A DNA stretch of 64,000 nt from Candidatus Heimdallarchaeota archaeon (GTDB lineage Archaea > Asgardarchaeota > Heimdallarchaeia > Heimdallarchaeales > Heimdallarchaeaceae): the NCBI GenBank assembly GCA_018238545.1, contig JABCTC010000013.1, forward strand, positions 18,233-82,232. The letters run 5' to 3'. The notes under the pieces were generated by a model that was not told the origin of the DNA, made no database searches, and saw nothing but the letters and a program-made list of their open reading frames with translations. The position numbers were made by a program, and so were the translations under genes. The stretch's first letter is position 1, and every line of letters begins with the position of its first letter. Positions 38,605-47,418 of the stretch are shown here, piece after piece.

Positions 38605-38853
38605 TTATTCTATTAATGCTGCTTCTGTTATATCACCTATTCCTTTGAAAAGGAAGAATATGAATATAATTGCTGCAGCTACGAAGATGCCTAACAGTGC
38701 AAACACTGGTAGTGGGCCATCGGCGTAGGCTATGCCCCCTGGCACTTGTCGTAAATCTGCTAATGATAACGAAAGAAGCATTGCTCCCATTGATATTGTC
38801 AATGGAACAAAATAGAATAAAGTTATTTTTAGAGCTTGTAGTATTTTTACCAA
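38605..38853 (-). CDS. Small 2-TM membrane protein
   Basis: Two hydrophobic helices; GAGG upstream. Confidence 0.6.
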   Translation of the reverse strand: MVKILQALKITLFYFVPLTISMGAMLLSLSLADLRQVPGGIAYADGPLPVFALLGIFVAAAIIFIFFLFKGIGDITEAALIE

Positions 38854-38992
38854 TTTAACGGCCTCTGGATAATCGTTATTATTTTTTCTCTTTTTATCTT
38901 TTAAACCTTTTTTTAATTCCCTAAAGGAAACAATTCATCATATCATTTGAATTGGCTAATGATAAAAGCTAAAGACGAATGAAAAGGAACAA

Positions 38993-39715
38993 TCAACTGT
39001 GTTTCTCTGTAAGAATTCTCATTTTTTCCTTAACTTCTTCAATTCTTCCTTGAGATCCTGCTAATTGATAATTTTGAAGGGCTTCAGAATAATGTTTCAA
39101 AGCTAGTTGAGGTTTCTCATCTTCAACAAAAAGAGCATTATAATAAGCTAGATGGGCTTTAATGACTGGTTTGTCAGAACCTCTTTCTCCCATGAGTTCA
39201 ACCGCTTTTTTAAGAAAAACTTTTCTTCCGGAAATATTTTTCTCTGCTGCTGCACGAGAGATATATGATTTTGCTTTGCAATCAAGTTCTTCAGCCTTAT
39301 TATCGATTCGTTGATAAGCAATTGCAGCTTGTTCAAAATGAGATGCAGCTTCAACAAAACGTTTTTCCTTCATAAGTTGTCCAGCAATTACTCGCAAGAT
39401 TTTTGCTTGTTGATGGAAAATTCTCTGATATTCCGCAATCAGACCTAAGCGATGGTAAAATCCACCTGATCTTCCTAAGTAATTCGCTGCTTCTAGCGCC
39501 TTGTTAAACTTAATAGCATCCATACCAAGATATTCATAGTGTAAAGCTTTTGCTAAATCTATCTGCTTTCTGTTCTCGTTTTGTTTGAAAATTTCTATAG
39601 CTTTTTCGGCATGTTCAGATGCTTCGCCATATTTTTTCTGTTGAGCCGCTAAACGTGCTTTTCCTAAACATTCGTTGGCTTTTTCGGCAGTAGATTTCTT
39701 TAACCCTTTAAACAA
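38993..39715 (-). CDS. TPR-like alpha-helical repeat protein
   Basis: Repeated (E/L)A-x2-H/Y-x3-A helices (YGEASEHAEKA, FVEAASHFEQAA, ALKHYSEALQNY); GAGGTG RBS. Confidence 0.75.
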   Translation of the reverse strand: MFKGLKKSTAEKANECLGKARLAAQQKKYGEASEHAEKAIEIFKQNENRKQIDLAKALHYEYLGMDAIKFNKALEAANYLGRSGGFYHRLGLIAEYQRIFHQQAKILRVIAGQLMKEKRFVEAASHFEQAAIAYQRIDNKAEELDCKAKSYISRAAAEKNISGRKVFLKKAVELMGERGSDKPVIKAHLAYYNALFVEDEKPQLALKHYSEALQNYQLAGSQGRIEEVKEKMRILTEKHS

Positions 39716-39874
39716 AGAATTGCACCTCTCTGGTCTTAGTTGAGCAGCTGAAATATATCGCGGACAACTAATCTAGTTAAAAAACAGAAGAATATAAACG
39801 TTTGTTTAGTTTAAACCTAACCTAGTTAATCTTTGATTTCTGGTTCTTAAACAGCATTATTAAGACATTAACTA

Positions 39875-42131
39875 TTGAAATAATCTACGCACGTTATGAA
39901 ACTTGGTTAGACTTGCCAAAGGCTTTCTAGCCGTCGTTTAAGTGTGTCCCCTCACATGCGTTGAGGGGAAGGAATCGTAGGAAAGGAGTGTACCAGTAAG
40001 GGAAGCGATATTCTTAGCTGCATTTGCATGAGAATCAACTCGCCGTCCACACTTCTTGCAGGGCGCAACATCATACTGACCAGATTGACGAGTAAGAACA
40101 CCTTCACAACCATAATGGAGTTTGCTGGTGTAATAGGGAAGAACAGACTCTAACTGTACATCATAACCTAACTCCAAGGAAGCCAACCATACAGCTTTCT
40201 TGTAGATGAACAAACTATCGGGCATGGTGTAGATGGCCTTAGCTGAAGCACCTTTAGTACCAGTAGAGGATCAACTGTGAGATGTTCAATCTTCAATTTT
40301 TTACACTTTTTTTTCACCATCACAGCTGCAAGAAAGTGAGGGAGAAGACGAGTAAGCTCGCGAAGAATCCTGTGACGGCGAGTATAGACGCGATTGAGTT
40401 CTCCTTTCAGTTTGCAACATCCGTGAACATCATACTCTTTACGTTTACGAAGTAATCCCCTGGTAAGTTCGGGAAGGACTTTATCACTAAGGTGAGTATA
40501 CTGTTCAGCCAATTGTAGTAAATCCTGAGGGAGAGGAATGGGTGTGTTAAACGCAACCATATACTGTCCTAAACAATTAATGTCTACTCCAAGAATAGAT
40601 AATGTTTTTCTAGGAACTTGTGCAACATAACGGTGAAGAAACATAGAAGAATGGAAACAAATATGTGTTCCTTCTAGTACCACATCTATCCTAGGTTTTA
40701 AACTAGGTTTTTGTCCACTACTTACTTGGAACACTTTGATGTGAGCACCATTCCTGATGTATTCATTAACCTTAGATGGATAGTGAACCTGAGCATAAAG
40801 CTTCTTTTTTCCTTTTTGTGGAAAACCTAATTCTGTCCACCCTTGCTTTTTTATTTGTTTAGTTAACTCTTCTGCATTCCCTTGTCGGGTGATAACATAA
40901 TCTTTTTTCATTAACAATTTTATTGGTATTCTTCCTTTCCTTTTTCGTTTAAATGGGAGGGGAACAACCTTAACTACAAGAAGACCTTTGAGTAACTGAG
41001 GGACACTCTGCATATAATGATCAAAGAGTGTGAAAACTATAATCAACCTAACTGCTGAAAAGAGTTTTCGGGAAGGCTTTCCTATTAGTTTAGCTAGTTG
41101 TTCGGAGAGAGACTTGAGACTTTTCCATCGAGACTTATGTGAACTGTTAATCCATGAGGTGAGAAATGGGACAACTGTCTTTTGTTCTTTCTTTAAGAGT
41201 TGAAGTTTGGCTAGAAATGCTTTCTGATTCTCTGTAAGCTGAGCTAAGAGGGGAAATTCATGGTTGTAGTAAGACAGTGCATCGTCAATTGCTTGGAGAA
41301 CTTCAAGCTGAGTACATGTGGGGAGGAGAGCATTAAATTGTAAGAAGTCAGCGAAATAACTTATCTTGTGCTTCTTTCTCCAATAAGCGCCTGCTTGTAA
41401 TCTAGTACTGGTAAGCAAGTTGATGATATACCTTCTTTTTAGTTGCCAATATTTCTCTAAACTACTTTCTGTATAAGGGGAACGACCAAAAGTCACCCAT
41501 TCTATCAATTGTTGAGGGTTCTTTACAAGAAAATTGAGTAAACCTTGAACTTTCTGTTCCTTATCTATCTTACCCTTAATAGCTATGTATAGCCAATGGA
41601 AGGCACTTTCGGCTATATTTGGGCTTTTTCCCACTTCTTTACAGAGTTGGCGAGTGAAGAATCCTTCTTTAGGATTTGTTCTATATAGTTCCACTGCTTT
41701 CTTTAAAACTTTGGGAGTAAGGAGAATATGTTGCCTTTCTTCAAGAGTTCTTATCCTCTGATTAATCTCTTCTCGTTGGGATTGATCAACACATTTAAGC
41801 ACTACTTGATAACTTCTCATCACTCTCTTTGAAGTGGAAGGAGAAAATTGTTTGTGGTTTGATGGTTGTTTGTGTGACCAATATCTCTCAGTTAGTATAT
41901 CTGTAGAATGGTATTTAAACACGAAGAAAATTTTCATGCAAGTGAGGTATTTCCATTCTCTGCTGTCTATGGGTGCTTCCTGTAAAGAAGGTGACGAGAG
42001 CGATTGTTTTTCTCAGTATTGCAATAAACCAATTTTTTTGTAAATTAGGAAAGCAAAAGAATTCCTACTTCAAACAGCAAAGAAGAAAATTGTAGGCTTC
42101 TGATTAGAAGCCCCGTTTTCAATAATTGAAA
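39875..42131 (-). mobile_element. IS200/IS605-type (IS1341-like, TnpB-only) element; boundaries approximate
   Basis: tnpB-like gene flanked by related GGCT...AGCC hairpins (42095-42112 and 39921-39932) and an 8-bp hairpin at 39947-39969; no tnpA seen. Confidence 0.6.
39938..41820 (-). pseudogene. tnpB: Large TnpB/Cas12-like RuvC protein, frameshifted (2-bp CT duplication at ~40264-40267)
   Basis: RuvC-I LGVDIN, RuvC-II KIEHL, then a frame change to TSK, HYGC..CKKC Zn finger and VDSHANAAKNI; removing 2 nt gives ...VDPTGTKGA... and ~626 aa from MRSYQ. Confidence 0.8.
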
Positions 42132-42153
42132 CATTCAAATTACAGGAGCTAAT

Positions 42154-42480
42154 TTAATAAACTGCAATATTAACACTTTGTAGAAGTTCTATTCCCTTAA
42201 AACCGTTTTTTATCTCATTATTTGCAATAATTATTGTCCCTACATTAACTTCTTCAATTTGTATACCTATACCATTGTGGGTGTTTTTACAATTTCTTAT
42301 TATGTAGAAGCTCGTTGTATAAGCTATTCTTATTCCAGATTTTTCACCATTAATGTTCTTGTTTTCAATAATAAAGGTTGACTGCTGTTCCATTTCTGAT
42401 TCATTTTGTATACAATTTTGTAAACTTAAATTCCAAGAGTAATAATCTATTGTAATGGGAATGGATGCTGATTATATTGT
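42154..42480 (-). pseudogene. Decayed fragment of a NosD/right-handed beta-helix surface protein gene
   Basis: FIIENKNINGEKSGIRIAYTTSFYIIRNC...GIQI...IANNEI; the preceding NGTAVN motif (GxGTxxxPyIIEN consensus) lies in another frame; premature stop; no signal peptide. Confidence 0.6.
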
Positions 42481-42582
42481 GAGTAGTGTCACTAGGAATT
42501 TCAATGGTATTTTTCTTCGTTTTCCCATCTCTTCAAGAACTTGAAGAGATTCTTATTAGTTCTTCTGCCCTTCCTATTCTTA

Positions 42583-43419
42583 CTAGTATTTTACCTTTTC
42601 ATTTCTTTTTTGTTGAAGAAGATTGTTCTCAATTCCCTTTCTCTCTTTGCTAAGATTGGATAAGATTTCACGCTTCAGTAGAATACGGTCATCTTCAAAC
42701 TGAAGTTCCTCAATATCCGAAACAATTGATCGTTGTTTTAATCCCTTTATTATTGCAACAGGTATCATCTCTCCAGCTTGACCCATCACTAGTTCAGCTG
42801 CCGAACACACTTCATCAGCCAAAGCCACAATTGTTGATTTAAGCTTGTACCCAAAAATATCATCTCTTCCTTTCGCATCATCTATAACTGAAAAATTGTA
42901 GGAGCCAATTGCTACGTTGATTGCTCCACGCCTTAAGGCTCTACCATGAGTATCGGCTATTAATAAAGATAGATTTTTTTGAAAAGTTTCAGATAATTTC
43001 TTACCAATGAAAGTTGCTGATTTACTAGAATCAATTGGAAGAATCACAGCACAGTTAGGTTGGGCATTTGATTGATCTACTGCAGAGTTAGCACAAATCC
43101 ATCCTTGTTTGGTTTTTGTTATGATGACATTATTTCTTACTTTTAGAATCTTTGAAGCTTCTGATAATATAAGCTCAACAAGAGAGGGATCTTTGCCTGT
43201 TTTTCTTGCAATCAATTCAGCAATGGGTGAAGGGTTAAGGGAGGGCAGATAAAATTCCATGCCTTCAGCTCTAGAGATTATTGTATGGGCAATTACTATT
43301 ATGTCACCATCTGATATTTGAATGGTTGTTTTCTGAATGGAATCAACAATAAGATCCGCTATATCATCGTCTTTCTTAATTATTGGTAATTCCAATGGAA
43401 TGATCTCAATATGGTGCAT
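42583..43419 (-). CDS. cofE: Coenzyme F420-0:L-glutamate ligase
   Basis: DGDIIVIAHTIISRAEG, ICANSAVDQSN, IADTHGRALRRG, ADEVCSAAELVMGQ. Confidence 0.92.
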   Translation of the reverse strand: MHHIEIIPLELPIIKKDDDIADLIVDSIQKTTIQISDGDIIVIAHTIISRAEGMEFYLPSLNPSPIAELIARKTGKDPSLVELILSEASKILKVRNNVIITKTKQGWICANSAVDQSNAQPNCAVILPIDSSKSATFIGKKLSETFQKNLSLLIADTHGRALRRGAINVAIGSYNFSVIDDAKGRDDIFGYKLKSTIVALADEVCSAAELVMGQAGEMIPVAIIKGLKQRSIVSDIEELQFEDDRILLKREILSNLSKERKGIENNLLQQKRNEKVKY

Positions 43420-43440
43420 TTAATTCACCGATGATGGAAG

Positions 43441-44496
43441 TTATGCCGATTCTATGGGAGCTAAGGATTTAGCTATTTTTCTTTTTAATGATGATAATTT
43501 GACAGCAGGAGCTAATGTTTCTTCCCATTTACTTTTATCAATTTTCTTTACATCTAACAGATTTTCTTTAAGAGCGAATTCGAATAACTCTTTTCCCGCT
43601 TTGGTTCTTAATAGAATGATGTTGCTATCATCATCAACACCAATATTACCAATTGAGATATCTGCAAATTCTGCAGCAAAATCTTGGCAATATTTACATC
43701 CCTCTGCTTTAGCAGCACCACATTCTTTGATTTTTATGTCTGTTCTGCCATCAGGATGTTCAAAAAAGAATTTCCCACGAGCACAATCGGTTTTTGTAAG
43801 ATCGGGTGCAGAGAGACCCAAACTGCTAGAAATAATATCTCTAAAACCAACTGGATCATAGCTGCTCATACAGAACAAGCCTATTTTGTATTTTACTCTA
43901 AAATCTGCTCCAAGATTTTTCATTTCCATTATATTAGTTAAAGTTTCATTATGACAAGGTAAACCAACTGCTGCAACTTTTTTCTTGTTACTTAGTTTAA
44001 TAGATGGAAGTTTTATCAGAACCGGATTAAGAGTATATTTAGATTTTGATGATTTTCGGATATCGAACTCAGAAAGTGCTAACATTGGCACGGGGCTTAA
44101 TAGATCACTTCCATGAGCGGTCACTAGCGAGCTATCAATTTTTCCCTTCTTCATAGCTGTTAAGAGCAAAGTAGTTACAATACCACCATTTTGTGATCTA
44201 GAATGAATTTCTTCATCTTTAGTTTTTCCTGTATAAACCTCCAAAATAGGTCCAATCTCCTCTGCAGGGTAGGTTGGTTGTTCAACTTTTTGTTTAAATC
44301 GTAAACATATATCTACACAAGCTCCACAAGAAATACAAGCTCCAACAAGCTTTGGTTTTAGTTGCTCAATTGCAATAACATAAACAGGACAAACTGCCTC
44401 ACACCCTCCACATGAAACACAATAACCTGGCTTAATTACTTCACGGTTTAGCATTGCAAAATTTCTCTTTCTTTTTCTTGGCTCTTTATCGCTCAT
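43441..44496 (-). CDS. FrhB/FdhB/FpoF-family F420-binding subunit with N-terminal 2x[4Fe-4S] ferredoxin
   Basis: CVSCGGCEAVCP, CISCGACVDIC, SQNGGIVT, VGLPC, IGLFC, CKYCQDFAAEFADISIG. Confidence 0.88.
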   Translation of the reverse strand: MSDKEPRKRKRNFAMLNREVIKPGYCVSCGGCEAVCPVYVIAIEQLKPKLVGACISCGACVDICLRFKQKVEQPTYPAEEIGPILEVYTGKTKDEEIHSRSQNGGIVTTLLLTAMKKGKIDSSLVTAHGSDLLSPVPMLALSEFDIRKSSKSKYTLNPVLIKLPSIKLSNKKKVAAVGLPCHNETLTNIMEMKNLGADFRVKYKIGLFCMSSYDPVGFRDIISSSLGLSAPDLTKTDCARGKFFFEHPDGRTDIKIKECGAAKAEGCKYCQDFAAEFADISIGNIGVDDDSNIILLRTKAGKELFEFALKENLLDVKKIDKSKWEETLAPAVKLSSLKRKIAKSLAPIESA

Positions 44497-44613
44497 TTCA
44501 AATCATCTCTAGTAAAGATTAAACTGAATTGGATTAATCCATTTTTAAACTATGCGAGAGGGATATGTACAAAAAATAGAAGAAAATAGATGAAAAATTA
44601 AGAAAATAGGAAA

Positions 44614-45774
44614 TTAAACTTCTTCCAATTCATCAAGAAGATATCTTTCGCTACCAGATTGTCTGGATTGTATCGCTAATTCCCTTTCAGAGATAATTTC
44701 TCTTTCAAGTCTATCTAGGGCTACGGCATGTGCACTAAAGACTCCATAGCCTTCTGCTTTAGCTACATAAGTGTAGCCTTTGTCTGTGGATATTCTCAAT
44801 CTTATCTGATAGAGAACAAAACCTCTAAACTTCTTCTTTGGTATAGATTTAGCGTGGATAAATAATTGCCCAGAATTACCAATCACTGAAGCAAATTTCT
44901 TTACAAGATCTACTCCCATCTCAACGATTGGTTCCATATCTTCGTCATCAACATCTCCAATTACTCTCACATAGTATCCTTCAGTCTTAGGCGGGATACT
45001 TACTGTTTCGAGAAGGTCTGTAGTTGTTAAAACTCCAACGGGGTGATTTTCTTCATTTATTATTATTAGTGTTTTATGATTAGTTTTGAAAAGCTTACTT
45101 ATAGCTTCAAGAACCAGCTCGTTCTCTTTACAACTAACCACTTCTTCAGTCATAATATCTTTAATTGGAGCAATAAGTGGCGTATGTTGTAAAGCTGACC
45201 TATCACCCCTAGTTTGTTTAGTGGGAAAAGTAGGAATTAGAAGCTCAGCCATATCATGAGGACTAACAATGCCTAATAAGTAATTATTTTCATCTACAAC
45301 AGGTGCCCTAGAAATATTATTTGTCCTAGATATTGCGATTAATCTTGCTGCCGTAGTATCAGGACTTACACATATGGGATTTGGTGTCATTACATCTTTC
45401 ACAGTGTTATCTTTAAATAAAACAGCAGAGACCCTAATGACATCGATATCCCTATAGACACCAATGATTTTTCCCTCGTCTTCGATAGGAACGGTATTTA
45501 TCTTTGCGGATAAAAGAGCTCTTGCTATATCATCAACAGAGGAGTTTTTCTTAACGGTGGGGACTTTTTGGAGTAAGTTGGATACTTTAGTATCAGGTTG
45601 TATTCTAGATTGTCTAGTTATATTTTTCTTTGTAAGATAGCCAAAGAAAGTGCCCTTTTCATCAAAAACTAGAAGTTCACGTATATTTTCCTTAAAATAT
45701 TCAAACACTTTTGATATTGGTTCATCAAGATTGATTGAAGTATACTCAGAAACAATTGATAACTCAGTACTCAT
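44614..45774 (-). CDS. Four-CBS-domain protein with C-terminal HPF/RaiA-like domain (candidate ribosome hibernation factor)
   Basis: CBS repeats (VKDVMTPNP, IKDIMTEEV); C-terminus QIRLRISTDKGYTYVAKAEGYGVFSAHAVALDRLEREI. Confidence 0.75.
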   Translation of the reverse strand: MSTELSIVSEYTSINLDEPISKVFEYFKENIRELLVFDEKGTFFGYLTKKNITRQSRIQPDTKVSNLLQKVPTVKKNSSVDDIARALLSAKINTVPIEDEGKIIGVYRDIDVIRVSAVLFKDNTVKDVMTPNPICVSPDTTAARLIAISRTNNISRAPVVDENNYLLGIVSPHDMAELLIPTFPTKQTRGDRSALQHTPLIAPIKDIMTEEVVSCKENELVLEAISKLFKTNHKTLIIINEENHPVGVLTTTDLLETVSIPPKTEGYYVRVIGDVDDEDMEPIVEMGVDLVKKFASVIGNSGQLFIHAKSIPKKKFRGFVLYQIRLRISTDKGYTYVAKAEGYGVFSAHAVALDRLEREIISERELAIQSRQSGSERYLLDELEEV

Positions 45775-45850
45775 AAGCTAATATAAGTTTTTATGATTAT
45801 AAAAGATTCTTATTAGTTGAAGGAAAGCAGAAAAAATGGAGGAAGTCTTT

Positions 45851-46438
45851 CTAAAGTATGTATTCCATTCTAAATTTAAGGTGTTCTTCGCTAAATTGCT
45901 TTCCCAACCTCCCAGCATGGTAAAATAGTTTATCCACGTTATGTGCTGAAAGTGCAGATGTTTCTACATAGTCGAATCTGTGTAGTTTTGCAAAAGCTAT
46001 AGCATCATCGCGGGATACTGCTCTCGCATCTTTCAGGTCATATTTGTTTCCACATAGAATAATAGGGATGTCAGGCACTCTTGAAAGAACTTCATTTGTC
46101 CAGATATCAACATCATCAAAGGAATTTTGATTTGTTATATCAAAAACAATGATTGCACAGGTAGCACCTACATAATATTTAGGACGAAGATAAGTGAACA
46201 TTTCTTGACCACCTGTATCCCAACAACTAAGTCTAATAGTTTCAGGATCAGTATATATTTTCTTTTGCATATTCTCATTCAACAATTCTGGTGTAAAAGT
46301 TAATGTTTTTGTTAACCAACTTACACCTAGCGTTGGTATGTAACTGTGAATAAATGTATTTAGCGTAAATCTTCTTGCTAATGAAGTCTTTCCAACAAAT
46401 GCTGAACCCACACATATTATTTTTTGTAACTGCTTCAT
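45851..46438 (-). CDS. Rab-like small GTPase
   Basis: GSAFVGKTS, PTLG, WDTGGQE, LRPKYYVGA, VFDIT, GNKYD, ETSA. Confidence 0.93.
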   Translation of the reverse strand: MKQLQKIICVGSAFVGKTSLARRFTLNTFIHSYIPTLGVSWLTKTLTFTPELLNENMQKKIYTDPETIRLSCWDTGGQEMFTYLRPKYYVGATCAIIVFDITNQNSFDDVDIWTNEVLSRVPDIPIILCGNKYDLKDARAVSRDDAIAFAKLHRFDYVETSALSAHNVDKLFYHAGRLGKQFSEEHLKFRMEYIL

Positions 46439-46442
46439 TTTT

Positions 46443-47294
46443 TTATCTCCACACTACATCTAATAAATCTTGAATCAAACCTAATCCATCCAATCTCTGC
46501 CATTCTACTTTCATTGCCACAGGCACTCTCTGAGCAATTATGTACCTTAATCCTTCTTCTCCCATCTCTTTTTGTAAACAATCTAGCATATTCCTAAGAA
46601 AATATATGAATTCTCTCTTAATCTCACTTGTTGTAATTTTCTTTATATCAGCTTCATGGATATCAAATCCCTCTTCAAGTGTCAGAGAATAAACTTCCTT
46701 TAGATAAGAATGGTTTTCATCTAAATATGCTTGTAAATTTTTACTGAACTTCTTATAAAAATCTTCTATTTTTATTGAGTCTCTTTCATCAATATATCTT
46801 TTTATCCCAATCCAGATAGAATTTAAGATGTTTTCAAACACCTCTACAAGATTCCTTTTATCAATATCCTCAATATGAAGATCTAAAACATTCCACAACA
46901 AAAATGAGTGAGAAAGTGACTCTGATACTTCACGTCTCCTAATCCCTTCTAATTCTTGTAAAAACTCATTTGAACTATTTTCATCTTTAACTTCAAATGC
47001 ATTCAAAAAAAGTTTCATAAAGAAAAACAATTGGGAAGAAACCATTTCCAATGAATAATTTGGAGGGCTAAGCAAGATAAACAAGAATGAGTATTTACAC
47101 ATAAACAGAATTTGTGTATTACCAAATTTCAAAACTTGAAGTTCTTCTAAATTAGGGTTATTTTCAGCTTCAGAATAAAATTGAAGTAAAAATTTAACTA
47201 TGTCGTCTACGTCTTGATCCTCTTTTTGAATCGCGTGGGGACGACAAAAAAGCACTTCCATTTCATCTTTGTTTATTACGTAGAAGCCAATCAT
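46443..47294 (-). CDS. Hypothetical protein with probable N-terminal longin-like domain
   Basis: MIGFYVINK...VLFCR, helix, three short hydrophobic strands, helix ending FLNAF; 4 bp upstream of the Rab-like gene. Confidence 0.55.
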   Translation of the reverse strand: MIGFYVINKDEMEVLFCRPHAIQKEDQDVDDIVKFLLQFYSEAENNPNLEELQVLKFGNTQILFMCKYSFLFILLSPPNYSLEMVSSQLFFFMKLFLNAFEVKDENSSNEFLQELEGIRRREVSESLSHSFLLWNVLDLHIEDIDKRNLVEVFENILNSIWIGIKRYIDERDSIKIEDFYKKFSKNLQAYLDENHSYLKEVYSLTLEEGFDIHEADIKKITTSEIKREFIYFLRNMLDCLQKEMGEEGLRYIIAQRVPVAMKVEWQRLDGLGLIQDLLDVVWR

Positions 47295-47418
47295 ATAGCA
47301 TTACAACCCTACAATATTATAATTAGCTCAATACGCTTAAAAATCTATTTTAAGTATCATATCAAGATGATTAAGGAAATTGTTATAACACAAAAGAAAG
47401 GAAAAAGAGAGGGATTAC

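Noticed and set aside
39938-40225. 95-aa ORF as an independent zinc-finger gene
   Set aside because: It is the out-of-frame C-terminus (Zn finger + RuvC-III) of the tnpB-like gene.
41834-42043. 69-aa Cys-rich + strand ORF as a possible tnpA or accessory gene
   Set aside because: No HUH/Tyr or serine-recombinase motifs; it overlaps the tnpB 5' region antisense.
42115-42132. GTTTTCAAT...ATTGAAAC resembles the ends of archaeal CRISPR repeats; ATTGAAA also occurs at 39874-39880
   Set aside because: It is a single 18-bp palindrome with no repeat-spacer periodicity and no cas genes; better explained as part of the IS end.
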